Shown here: positions 1 to 25,200 of the stretch, in pieces
Layout of the letters: each line of letters opens with the position of its first letter
How positions within the stretch are numbered: the first letter of the stretch is position 1
Source of the DNA: Saccostrea cucullata
Lineage: Eukaryota
Assembly: GCF_032062105.1 (NCBI RefSeq)
Contig: NW_026939192.1
Location: 248,001 to 312,000, forward strand
DNA: 64,000 bases
Direction of reading: 5' to 3'
Made by a program: the position numbers and the translations under genes
The notes under the pieces: model-generated
Database searches by the model: none
Told to the model about the DNA's origin: nothing
What the model saw: only the letters and a program-made list of their open reading frames with translations

Positions 1-109
1 TGTATGTGAGCATCAACATTTATTTTAAAAATGAGCTATCATATTTTGACTCTGGGACGTCAGGAAAAAATATATATAATTATAACAGCAAATTCCGTTT
101 AAAAATCGA

Positions 110-890
110 TTTGGAGGCGCTTTGAAAATTTGGGGTGACCAAAATCAGGGGGTGCTTTGACCAATATTTTGGGGTGCTTTGGAAACTTCGTTTTTCTATA
201 AAAATATGTCAGGGGGCGCTTTAACCAAAATTTGGGGACACATTGACCAATATTTGGGGGCGCTTTGGAAACTTCGTTTTTCTATAAAAATATGTCAGGG
301 GGAGCTTTGACCAAAATCAGGGGGCGCTTTGACCAATATTTGGGGGCGCTTTGACTAAACCTCAAACGTTTTTCTATTTAAAAATATGTCAGGGGGCGCT
401 TTGACCAAAATGTGGGCCGGGACGCATTGACCAATATTTGGGGGCGCGCTTTGACCAAAATTTGGGGACGCATTGACCAATATTTGGGGCAATTTGGAAA
501 CTTCCCTTTTCTATAAAAATATGTCAGGGGGCGCTTTGACCACAATCAGGGGGCGCTTTGACCAAAATTTGGGAGCGCTTTGACCAAACCTCAAACGTTG
601 TTTTTCTATTAAAAAATATGTCAGGGGGCGCTTTGACCAAAATCAGGGGGCGCTTTGGAAAATTCCTTTTTCTATAAAAATATGTCATGGGGCGCTTTGA
701 CCAAAATCAGGGGGCGCTTTGACCAAAATCAGGGGGCGGTTTCGTAGTATCATATTTCTATAAAATATGTCAGGGGGCGCTTTGACCAAAATCTGGGGAC
801 ATTTTGACCAAAATCATGGTACGCTTTGACCAAAATCTGGGAACGCTTTGACCGGGACGGTTTTAATTGGGAACGCTTTGACTGGCTCCC
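110..890. repeat. GC-rich tandem array of ~20-21-bp units (GGGGCGCTTTGACCAAAATC), probably the subterminal region of a non-autonomous DNA transposon
   Basis: Many imperfect copies of ggggcgctttgaccaa(a/t)at interspersed with a recurring ttttctataaaaatatgtca block; ends abruptly at ...tgactggctccc (890). The transposon origin is inference. Confidence 0.85.
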
Positions 891-1112
891 GGAAAAGACA
901 CGGCAAATTTGTGGATGACAGAGACCTACAAAATAAAATATATTAATTAATCTAGAGATATTTTTTTTCAAAAACAACTCAACGTTAAATTAGAAGTCTA
1001 AAATAATATCAATCTATACTTTTTTCATAAACAATATTTTAATGTGTTTTTGCTCTGATTAGTTAAATCTCCAGTGGAAGTCTCGCGCCTCACGATAATC
1101 TCGAGCCTTGTT

Positions 1113-1178
1113 GTTTCCCTTAGAAACGATTACCGCCATTATAAACCACACTGTGTGTAAAAGTTTGTTGCAGCAACA
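1113..1178 (+). promoter_or_regulatory. Putative RFX X-box motif(s) in the DNAI1 promoter/5' UTR
   Basis: GTTTCCCTTAGAAAC (1113-1127) and palindromic TGTTGCAGCAACA (1166-1178) just upstream of the ATG at 1197; resemble the X-box consensus GTNRCC(N0-3)RGYAAC typical of ciliary genes. Confidence 0.55.
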
Positions 1179-1196
1179 GAGAGAAAGTTCTGCAAA

Positions 1197-15641
<14,445 letters not shown>

Positions 15642-16559
15642 ACATTGCTTTCTGTTTGGGGGGGATTCTAACACTTTTTTGGAGATCTTACCTTGGAAGT
15701 TTAACCAAAACAATTTCCCCACTTTTTAACACTCCGTCCTTTAGGAAATAATTTTAAAAAGAAAATTTACTACTATAATTGGGGTTGTTAATGTATTGAG
15801 TATGTGAATTGTTTAACTATTTATTGTGTATTTTTCAAATGACATTGTTAAGAAATGTATCAGAACTGTTATGATGCAATAATTTTGACTGTATTAGGAA
15901 TTGATGCATTCTTTTTTGTATGAAAAATGTGATATAATTTATCGTATCTTAAAAGATATATTTTTATTAAACTGATGAAACATCCTTATCATATCGTTTT
16001 CCTTAAAACGTAGAACATCCCATTGTGAATTAAATTGTAGCAGGGTTGTCCCTTGGAATTGAAATAGAAGGGGTCATTTAAAAAGTAGAGAGGAATCTGA
16101 GGTTTCTCCTCTAATGGGAAGTTTAGGACAAATACTAAATTAACCAGAGGATTACACCATTGTAGGTGGGGAAATTCCCTGACCCGAGGGTCTTAGATCT
16201 GACACCCTGAACTTGTGTATATTTTTCATGTAAATTGCCTAAACCAATATAAAGTATGTCCTGTAATCCTGGAAAAGTCAGTAGTGATTTGGACTAGTTC
16301 TTGGTAAACATTCAAACGTTTGTACTCTGAACAGCTACATATAATATACAATAGGAATGTCTAGCATTTTTATTATTTTACATTATGGTTAGAATGATGC
16401 ATGGGACTTTTTTAAAATTATTATTTGCATAATTAAAACATGACTGACACATAAATCGTTTATCAAATTAATATAATCAATGAAATAAAGATATCAAATG
16501 TGTAAAGCACGATGCAACAGTGTAAAATATACTATTTCTAAAAACTTCTCGCTAGACAG

Positions 16560-17270
16560 AATACAGAGATATAATTGTCTCAGTTAAGGGAATACTTTGT
16601 TGAAATCACTGATCCTACATGCACAAGTGCTAAAAAGATGATATTATAAGGTATTAATGCTAGAATTCTGCATAGACAACATCTTTGTAGTCATTGGAGA
16701 CCAGGTCTTGTTAGAATTTCAATAGGCATTAATTGTGCTCCTTCATTCGTCACCCTCTTTTTTATATTTCCAATGAAGTAGAATTTATGTAAAAAAAAAA
16801 AAAGAAAAAAAAAAGAAAGAAAGAAAGAAACTTCTACATGATGACTTACATGAGACTAAAAACACTTGATGTGGTCTTAATCTGAAATTCAGATACAGTA
16901 TACATGTTTACATGTATCAACATTATATTAATTAACAACTGTTATTTCCATTCAACCATTTATGTCAGCTCAATATACCCAAGTGAACTGAAAATAAAAA
17001 GACACCAGGAAGTCTGTCACATCTGTTTTATATGTAACAACTAAGATGTAGAAAAATGATATTACTAGCCATCATTAATTTCCTTATTTTTCACTAATAT
17101 TTTGCTATCCCCTGCATATGGTATTTACATCTCCCAACCTTTATGATACTCAAGAGCATGCACTGAGTACATTCAATTTTTAGACCTAGGCAGGGTACTA
17201 ACAGAAAAGTTGATCTTGGAGGAATTTCAAAGTTAAAATATAAATTAACATTTCATTTATTCTATTGGTG
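16560..17270 (+). mobile_element. Decayed reverse transcriptase fragment of a Penelope-like retroelement
   Basis: Frameshifted translation remnants MLEFCIDNIFV, INCAPSFVTLF, SNEVEF, IYPSELKIK and SPAYGIYISQ...YSRAC resemble Penelope-type RT motifs (IDNIFV..GIPMGTNCAPLLADLFL..IYPxELEIKDT..SPAYGVYISQ); many stops and indels. Confidence 0.75.
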
Positions 17271-17330
17271 TATAGAATAAATGAAATGTTAATTTATATG
17301 TTAACTTTGAAATTCCTCCAAGATCAACTT
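17207..17330. repeat. Near-perfect 124-bp palindrome (~58-bp stem, ~8-nt loop)
   Basis: aagttgatcttggaggaatttcaaagttaa...tattcta / tagaataaat...ttaactttgaaattcctccaagatcaactt. Confidence 0.9.
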
Positions 17331-18933
17331 CATTGGAATTACATATAACCTTTCATTGTGACTTAAATATTTCATAATAACTGTCAGGGAGACCTATCAT
17401 TGGCAATCAATACCGCAGTTTCACTCATCCGCTATTCGATATTTGATAAAAAAAAAAAAGAAAGATGTTTTCCTATTTATATATATGAAAAATTTTATCC
17501 AGGCACGTAGCAACAGGGGGGCGGGGCCTGCCCCCCCTTTTTTTTGCCAACAATAATTTTACTATTGAAAATGTTCATTGAAAGGCTGGTTGCCCCCCCC
17601 CCCCCCTACTTTATAGTAGACTTAGTTAATATCAAGGGAAATGTAGTATAGAGAGCAGGAAAATTGGTACCGAAAGAAGTTGGCAATGGATTTTCGAGTT
17701 TGGGCAATTTTCCTTTTTTTTTTGCTTGTCAACTTCTTCAGGTAAGTCAATTTTTTTTTTTCTCTGGCTGACCTATCCCCCCCCCCCCCCGACACTTTCA
17801 AAAACGATGCTATTTATATATGTTATCGCTCATAGTGGTCACATGATATGAGCCCACTTCAATCTATACTGACTTTCTATGGATGCCTCCTTATAAATAT
17901 GACTAATAATGACTTTTCATTCCTAAAAAGATTACTATTAACGATAACATACCCTTGTAAAACCCACAGTAGCCTAGCTCAACCTACCCCAGGGCCCTAG
18001 AATTCTTGAAGATTTTCAATGACCCCAACATATTTTTTCTGAATGATTTTGAGGAATAAACTGAAATGACGACGACAGACAATAGACAAATTTTGAAGAA
18101 ACAAAAACTAAATGTTAACTCCTTTCCCAGAAGTGAAAAACGTATTCCGAGGGGCGGGGGGGGGGGGGGGGGGGGTTTAAAGCTTGAACATTTGCATGAC
18201 TTTTCATACCAACTTAAAACGGGTCCGCGTTTTCAACCGCGGGAGGCGGTGGGCAGGGTCACTGTTAGTGGGATTTTGGCATATATATTCAATAACTGAT
18301 AACTCATTCAAGGCCTCAGAATCATGAAGCAGACCTAGACTTACGTCAAATTTTCAAGAGCCTGTACAATGCTTATTAATAGTCAATTAAATCTCTATAT
18401 TTAAAGACAACAGCACTTTGGTGGTGCAATATTAAGTCACATTTTTATTCGGGATTATTTGACTTCGACAAAGTTTTTGACTTAAGCTAAAGATCTTTCA
18501 TGATCCCGGGGCCACCCCCCCCCCCCTCCACTTTAGATTGATCCACGCACGCAATATTAATAGCATTATGAAAAATTTAAAATAGTAAGTGTACATTTCA
18601 AACATGTCAAAATTATTCAGTATTAATCAAAAAAATATATAAATATATTAAAAAGCGGCGTGGTTGAAGTTTTTTTTCCCTAAAAAAAAACTATTCTCAA
18701 ATCTAACATATACCGGTATTATAATTCTGCAAATATCTCCATTCTTTTCTTAAGGCTAAATTTATCAATCGTGTATATTATTGCGAATGTAGCGCGTTAA
18801 AAGCAATTATGCAATTGCCAGGAAATAGAAATTAATAACTATATAATTTAACTGCTGTGAATTTTCACCCTCAGGATTTAAAGCTATCGGGAGATAAAGA
18901 AGACAAAATCACAACTCGCGCGACCTGACAGCT

Positions 18934-18947
18934 GTTACCAAGGCAAC
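18934..18947 (+). promoter_or_regulatory. RFX X-box (GTTACCAAGGCAAC)
   Basis: Near-perfect X-box consensus ~120 bp upstream of the 19068 ORF, in apparently unique sequence. Confidence 0.7.
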
Positions 18948-19067
18948 TGGCAGGTGACAATTCAGCGAGTTCTTTATCTGGAGGGGGCTTTTATCAACAT
19001 ACTTGGGACAACACATTGATAGGCGTACTCTCATTCAACTATCTAGTCCAATAATCCAGACATTACT

Positions 19068-19385
19068 ATGACCAGGATAAGACGTTCAAACCGAATTTTC
19101 AACGAGAGAAGAGTGAATCTTGTGGATGCTGAGAGGAGATTCCGAAGATCTTGTGAACAAATCGTCATGTTAAACAGAGCTCTAACCTCCCTACAGAAAA
19201 GGTACGACAATGCCAAAAAAATGAACAAAAGGACCTTCCGCTATCATCTACGGCTTCGCTTGGCGGTCGTCGAGGGGATGAGAAACGTATATTTTGACTA
19301 TGCTCACGAAAAAGCCAAGCAGGTAGCCGAACTACGACGAGAATTATTTGGAGAAATTGTAGAGATTGTAGAGCAAGATACTTGA
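19068..19385 (+). CDS. Uncharacterised small basic alpha-helical protein, 105 aa, single coding exon
   Basis: Clean ATG-to-TGA ORF with higher GC than its flanks, protein-like amphipathic/coiled-coil pattern (…RYHLRLRLAVVEGMRNVYFDYA…), and an upstream X-box. No family recognised. Confidence 0.8.
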   Translation: MTRIRRSNRIFNERRVNLVDAERRFRRSCEQIVMLNRALTSLQKRYDNAKKMNKRTFRYHLRLRLAVVEGMRNVYFDYAHEKAKQVAELRRELFGEIVEIVEQDT

Positions 19386-19880
19386 GCTTGTAACACAGTG
19401 CAGAACTTCTGAAAACCGGACTTTATTCAAAATCGATCTTTTTCAGGGTAGAAAAGACGTTAATGACAGCAAACGCGTTTTTGTTTGAATCAGCCATGAA
19501 TCAACATGATGCTTGCATGAACTGGTAAGAGAACACATGCAGGACTATATGTGGCATCTTATATTTGATGGATATAATATTTAGAAGTGCTTTAAAGGCT
19601 GAGGATATTTTAATTAACTGAGAGGCATGATAACCTCCTTTTGTGACCAAACAGAAAATTCCAAGAAATGTAGTGCTTTCAGTGACTGAGTAGTTCCTTT
19701 ACACAAAATATCTGAAGTTTCTTCGAGCTGAAGGTGCAATATTAACATTATAAATAACAGAGCAGAAAAATAAGATGTCAACATCTGCCCTTTTTAGGCA
19801 GGTTGCTGTAACAGCTACCTGTTTTGTGCTTAACATTTGTGCAATGATACACTCTAGAGCACACTCCAGTCCTTGATGAA

Positions 19881-20441
19881 AAGGCACTTATTTCGTATAC
19901 AGGGCACCTCCTACTTATTTTTACCACAAGGTACCTAACTCATTTTCAGGCACTCCCACTTCAAGCTCGTATTCTGTAAATATATCAATCATTAACCTAC
20001 TTTAAAATGACATCACCCCCTTCAAGAGACTTTTTTCTTGTCAATTAAATCTTTCATACGTCTCTGGTTGGGTCTCTTTAATATTGTAAACTACTCATTT
20101 ATTCCTCGAAAATTACCTCAATACATTTTAAGACTTTTATTGAGATACAACTTCCAGTTGGGAGTAGGATAAAACCAGAGGCTTCCAAATATTCCATTCC
20201 GAGGTCTCTGGTATTATCTTTCATTTGTAACCCCAACCGGAAAATATTCCAATAAAAGTCTTGAAATGTATTTGAGGAATAAATTAATAGTTTACAATAA
20301 AGAGGCTTGAATAGAGTAAATTAATATTTGATATATTAATAGAATACGAGCTTGAAGTGGGGGTGCCTGAAAATGAGTTAAGTACCTTGTGGTAAAAATA
20401 AGTATGGGGTACCCCGTATAAGAAACAAGTGCTTGTGCCTT
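19881..20441. repeat. ~560-bp imperfect fold-back palindrome between convergent genes
   Basis: taccacaaggtacctaactcattttcaggcactcccacttcaagctcgtattct (~19922-19975) is inverted at ~20340-20395; inner arms cctcaatacattttaagacttttattg / caataaaagtcttgaaatgtatttgagg; centre ~20190. Confidence 0.8.
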
Positions 20442-20606
20442 GATGCCTTGTAACATTAAATGTACAACAACCATTAATTTTCAGATGTATCAAGAGAAAC
20501 AATAAGACCAAATATTGGAGATATAGACAAACTTTAATAGAAAATTCTGCTTCATTTCTTGCAATGAAATAAAATTTTAACATCATTTGAAAAATCTTTA
20601 TCTTTT

Positions 20607-22251
20607 CTATTGCTCAGCAGGTGTTGGGTTTTTGTTGGAGAACCACTCGACATTTGTATCCATTGCTTTCCAATGATATTGTCTGTCCAACAAATAATGA
20701 GCTCTTGCATTTGTGTGATTATACAGTTCCGTTCCAATTGGCATAATCCCCCGATTTCTTGTATCAAAAAACATTGGGACCCCAAATATGGTGCCTGTTT
20801 TCCAGTCAGGATCATCCTGCATCAGCTCTTCTTCAAGTTCGCAATTCTGGCGAAACAACTTCAGGGTTCTGTGTAAAAATAACCCCAAAATTAAAGATGG
20901 AAGGCTAGCTTCCAAGCTTAAGGAGAAATTTGTCAATACATGTATCATTATTATGAAGTAAATTTGTATGTGATCATGTCTTTCTTGCTATCCTGATTAT
21001 TTGTTTTCATTTCTTTTTTTTTTTTTAGGAAAATGACTTACAGTCTGTCGTTTTCTGCCATTATAAGTGGTTCCAGAGCTATGTTTGCCTCTGTATTTTC
21101 TAAATATAGCATTCTGAAAAAGAAAGTCAAAATGTAAAGCATTTATTGAAACAAGAGGCCCAAGGGCCTTAATGGTAATCTGAGTAAAATAAAACAACTT
21201 GGAGAATCCATAGAATATAAAATAAACTGGTACATGTAGATGAAGCTTTGTTGCCCAAAAGCAAGAGAAATAGGATGATCAGGATCAAGATTCTAATCTG
21301 TCCCCCATTTATCACTATCACAATTTTCACCCCAATAAAAATTTCTCACACTGGCCTCTCTTTGTCTTTGAAGAATATTTAATAATAAGTTATTTTTATC
21401 TCATTTTTATCTATTATTTACAAGTCTATCTGATCATAAAAACTATGAAAGTAGTTTTTGTATTATAAAATAAAATATCTTGCATAATTCTCTTATTCCA
21501 TTAACTTTTAAAAAAATTTATTTACATTGATCAATCATCAGAAGTGAATTGCAAAAGGGAATAACTTCTTTCAGTAGAATACAAATTTAAAGAGCCAGCG
21601 GCTGGCCAAGACCATAACACTTGACCAAATAGTGCAGATGTTTAAAAATCTGGCAAAAATATTATTGCTTATTTAAGCTTTTACTTTAATTGTTTGCTTT
21701 TAATGTGCCAAGGAGCATAGACTGAAGATTTTCAAAGAAAAAATGAATTGATTTTCACTACAGGTTCAACACAGTCCTACCCTTAACACCAAAACACATG
21801 ACCAAGGCCGAAGGGTCATGAATTTCAGATTTGGACAAGGTACCCTAATTATCATAAGCTCTGCACTTAGCTGAAGATTTTCAAAGAATTGATACTTTCA
21901 CTTTATTTTCAATAGAACCCCCTCCTTCAATGAGAAGCAAAAGCCCTTCACCCTGGGACCACAAAGTTTTTTAAAAAAATTAAGCAAACTCATATTCATT
22001 ATAACTATGCATTTTGTTTATCTGCTCAACACTTAGCTACAGAACTGTTGCGTAATGGTTTTATATATTAATATTACGATAATGCTACAGATTTTGTAAT
22101 GCAAAAAATGTGACCTCATCCCTTGTGGCCACTGATTGTGGCTCCCCTAACCCCTCACTATTTCTTAATTATCTCCCCTTGAAAGAGAGTGTGGCCTTTC
22201 ATTTGAAGAGACTTGAATCCCCTTCACCCTAGGATGCTTTATGGCAAGTTT

Positions 22252-22284
<33 letters not shown>

Positions 22285-25200
22285 TCGAAAATGTTAAAAG
22301 TTTACTGTTCAAAAGATGTCTCCAACTGTTCAAAAGTTATGTCCAAGGTTAAAATGTAATATTTTTTTGCAGAAGTAGGTCAAACTCCAAGGTCACAGTC
22401 AAGAGGTCAAATTTATGGAACCAGAAAAGCTCACTTGAGCTTTCAAAAGCCCCACCCACACAATAGTTGAGCTAAAAAACACCAGGATGACGTGTTTTGG
22501 GGGTCTGTACCTCTTTTAACAATAAATTTGGAGTATCCTGCATACAAAAGAAGTGCCTGACTGGCTGAGGTAGAGTCATAAAATATTAAACAAGATGTGT
22601 TTGTGAAACATTGATGCCCCCATATGGCAGCTTATGACAAGGGTTGAATTCTCTTCAAATGCATGTCAAACTCCAAAGGTCAAGGTCAAAAGTGTTGACC
22701 GCAAAGAAAGGTCATAAGAATACACCAGTGAAATATGGAAACCTTAGTTTTAACTGTTCAAAAGTTATAGCCAAGGTTAACGTTTTGAAAAACTGGGTCA
22801 AACTCTTAGGTCATGGTCATATTTATACCAGCTGAAAGGTCTTGTCACAATAAATAATAAACATGTGAAGTACAAAATCTATTTTTATAACCATGGCAAC
22901 AACTGTAAATCAAAAACCGATGCAATTTATGTCTTAGTGTAGTCAACTGTGTCAAAAGTTATGTCCAAAGGTTAAAATGTAATATTTTTTTTTTGCAGTA
23001 ACCATGGCATCACCATTCATCAAAATCAAAAAGGTCACTATTTTAGTCAAGACTTGTGTCAAACTTGAAATGGAACTCAAAGGAAGGTCTTGTCACAAGG
23101 AACACATCTGTGAAGTATGAAAGCAAAAGCCCCACCCACACAATAGTTATGGGCTTGTTAAAGTTGACAATAGACAGACAGAAGACTAAAAACAAAGAGA
23201 CAGAAAGACAGGACAAAAACAATATACACCCCCCCAAATCTTTTCATCCGGGGGGGGGGGGGGGGGTTAAAAAAAAATATACCCCCATGATCTTTTGATT
23301 CTGGGGCATAAAAAAAACTTACTTGTTGTATCTCCTTGTCTCACAAATCAACCACCAGGAATAGGCTGTGACTCCAAAAACTCCACCCAAGATATACTTC
23401 CCTGAAAAATTAAAGCAAACAGATGATGAGATGATTAAACATAAAGATTATATACAGTCAAACCTCTTCATCTGAAACTCTATTGAATTGTAAAAAATCT
23501 TCTAGATATGCAAGTGGGTAAAATACATAAAAATGTTCTGACATCCTAAGGACTCCACATATATATAGCATTTGAGATACTGATGTTCAAGATCCGAAGG
23601 TAGATAATGAATTGTAGTCAAAGAGATATGTACTGGTACATGTAATATCTTACCAACCCAATGGCTAAAATAAAAAAATTTTCTAATGCAGGGTTATCCC
23701 TCAGGATTGACATAGCAAGGGACATTGAAAAAATTGAAGGGGGTTTGATGTTCTAAGACCTTCCCTAACAGAGTTTTAAGGGAAAATAACGGGGGGATTA
23801 CCGGTACATCATTCTAGGTAGGGAAATTACACAAGTCTGATTGACAAGCCTGTTAATTAGGGATGTCAACGAATATTCGAATATTCATTCGATGAGTTGA
23901 TATTCGAATACAAATTTGTGATTCGAATATTCGGTTTTTAAGTATACAAGCATTTAATAGACACTGAGATAAAGATCTGACAAGTTTTATTTGAAATTGA
24001 ATGAAGTTCGTACTGTTGACATGAATAAGATTTGATTTTTAAAAAAATTAACACTCCTGTTGGATTGCTTTCAAAGTGTGAAGAGTGTAATTATTAGAAT
24101 AAATAATTCTTGATCATTTAATTAGTGGTATAACAGTACCAAGTACTTACAATCAGTTTGTATTGTTGTAAGGGCACAGTTTTACAGAAAACACATAGAC
24201 CCCTTGTTTATGTATATATCATTAAAAATAATTATTGGATAATTAATTCACTAAAATTAATTGATTTTAATTTTTCTTCCGTGGATAATTGTTTAGATTG
24301 GTATAAATTTGTAGGAGTAAGTAGTGTAGACTTTGGTAAGACGATCAATTAATCTAGCTGGAATATATTAAAGAAGCTTTTGAATTTTCAAAAACAAATT
24401 TTCATTACATTTAGATGTATACTCTTCATATATTCTGTAAATTTAAAAAAAAAATATAATTACTTTGCATGTACAAAACTTTATGTGAAATTTTATTTCA
24501 AAATAATGACTAAACATATACTGGTTGACAGGAGTTAAAATATATACTTAATAATGCAAAATGTATTTATTTTTAATGCATTTAATTAATATCAATTATT
24601 GACAATTTTGACATCCCTACTGTTAATGCATTTAATTAATTAAGGTTAATGTATGCTATTAATGTCTCCTTCTCTTGTATTTGAAATACATAAAAAAAAA
24701 ATCATTATTTATCAATTGCAGAATTTCATAATGTTTTTCCCTCAATATATTATGTTATGTGGATATTTTGTCTTAATTGCCTTGACTATATAATCATATC
24801 CTAGGAAATTTGGGTTGAAATCCACATCTTATGTCAAGAAAATTCAATGGGACCACATTAAATAAAATTCTAAACTCCCAATATTTAATTCTATGTAGAG
24901 CACAAGCAATATTGTGGTTTAATCGTAGCAAGAACTGACTTGCCAAAAAAAAAAATAATCAAACAAGTATGCAGTTTTCATGCCAATAAACTTTCTAATG
25001 CACCATCACAAGATAATACATGTACTTTGTATCTGCATGTGACATTTTTATATTTTTGCCATTTTAACAGCTTGAAGATTTTGATTTTTTATGGGAAAAT
25101 CCAAGAACATTAAACTTTGGAATCTTGATCCCCTTGCATGGTGAGTCGCTAAACAATATGGTAAAGTTTGAGAATATTTCTTCTTGTTTTAAATAATGTT

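Noticed and set aside
23870-23935. GAATATTC repeats as heat-shock elements
   Set aside because: Spacing does not give three in-phase inverted nGAAn units; they are subterminal repeats of the hAT-type MITE.
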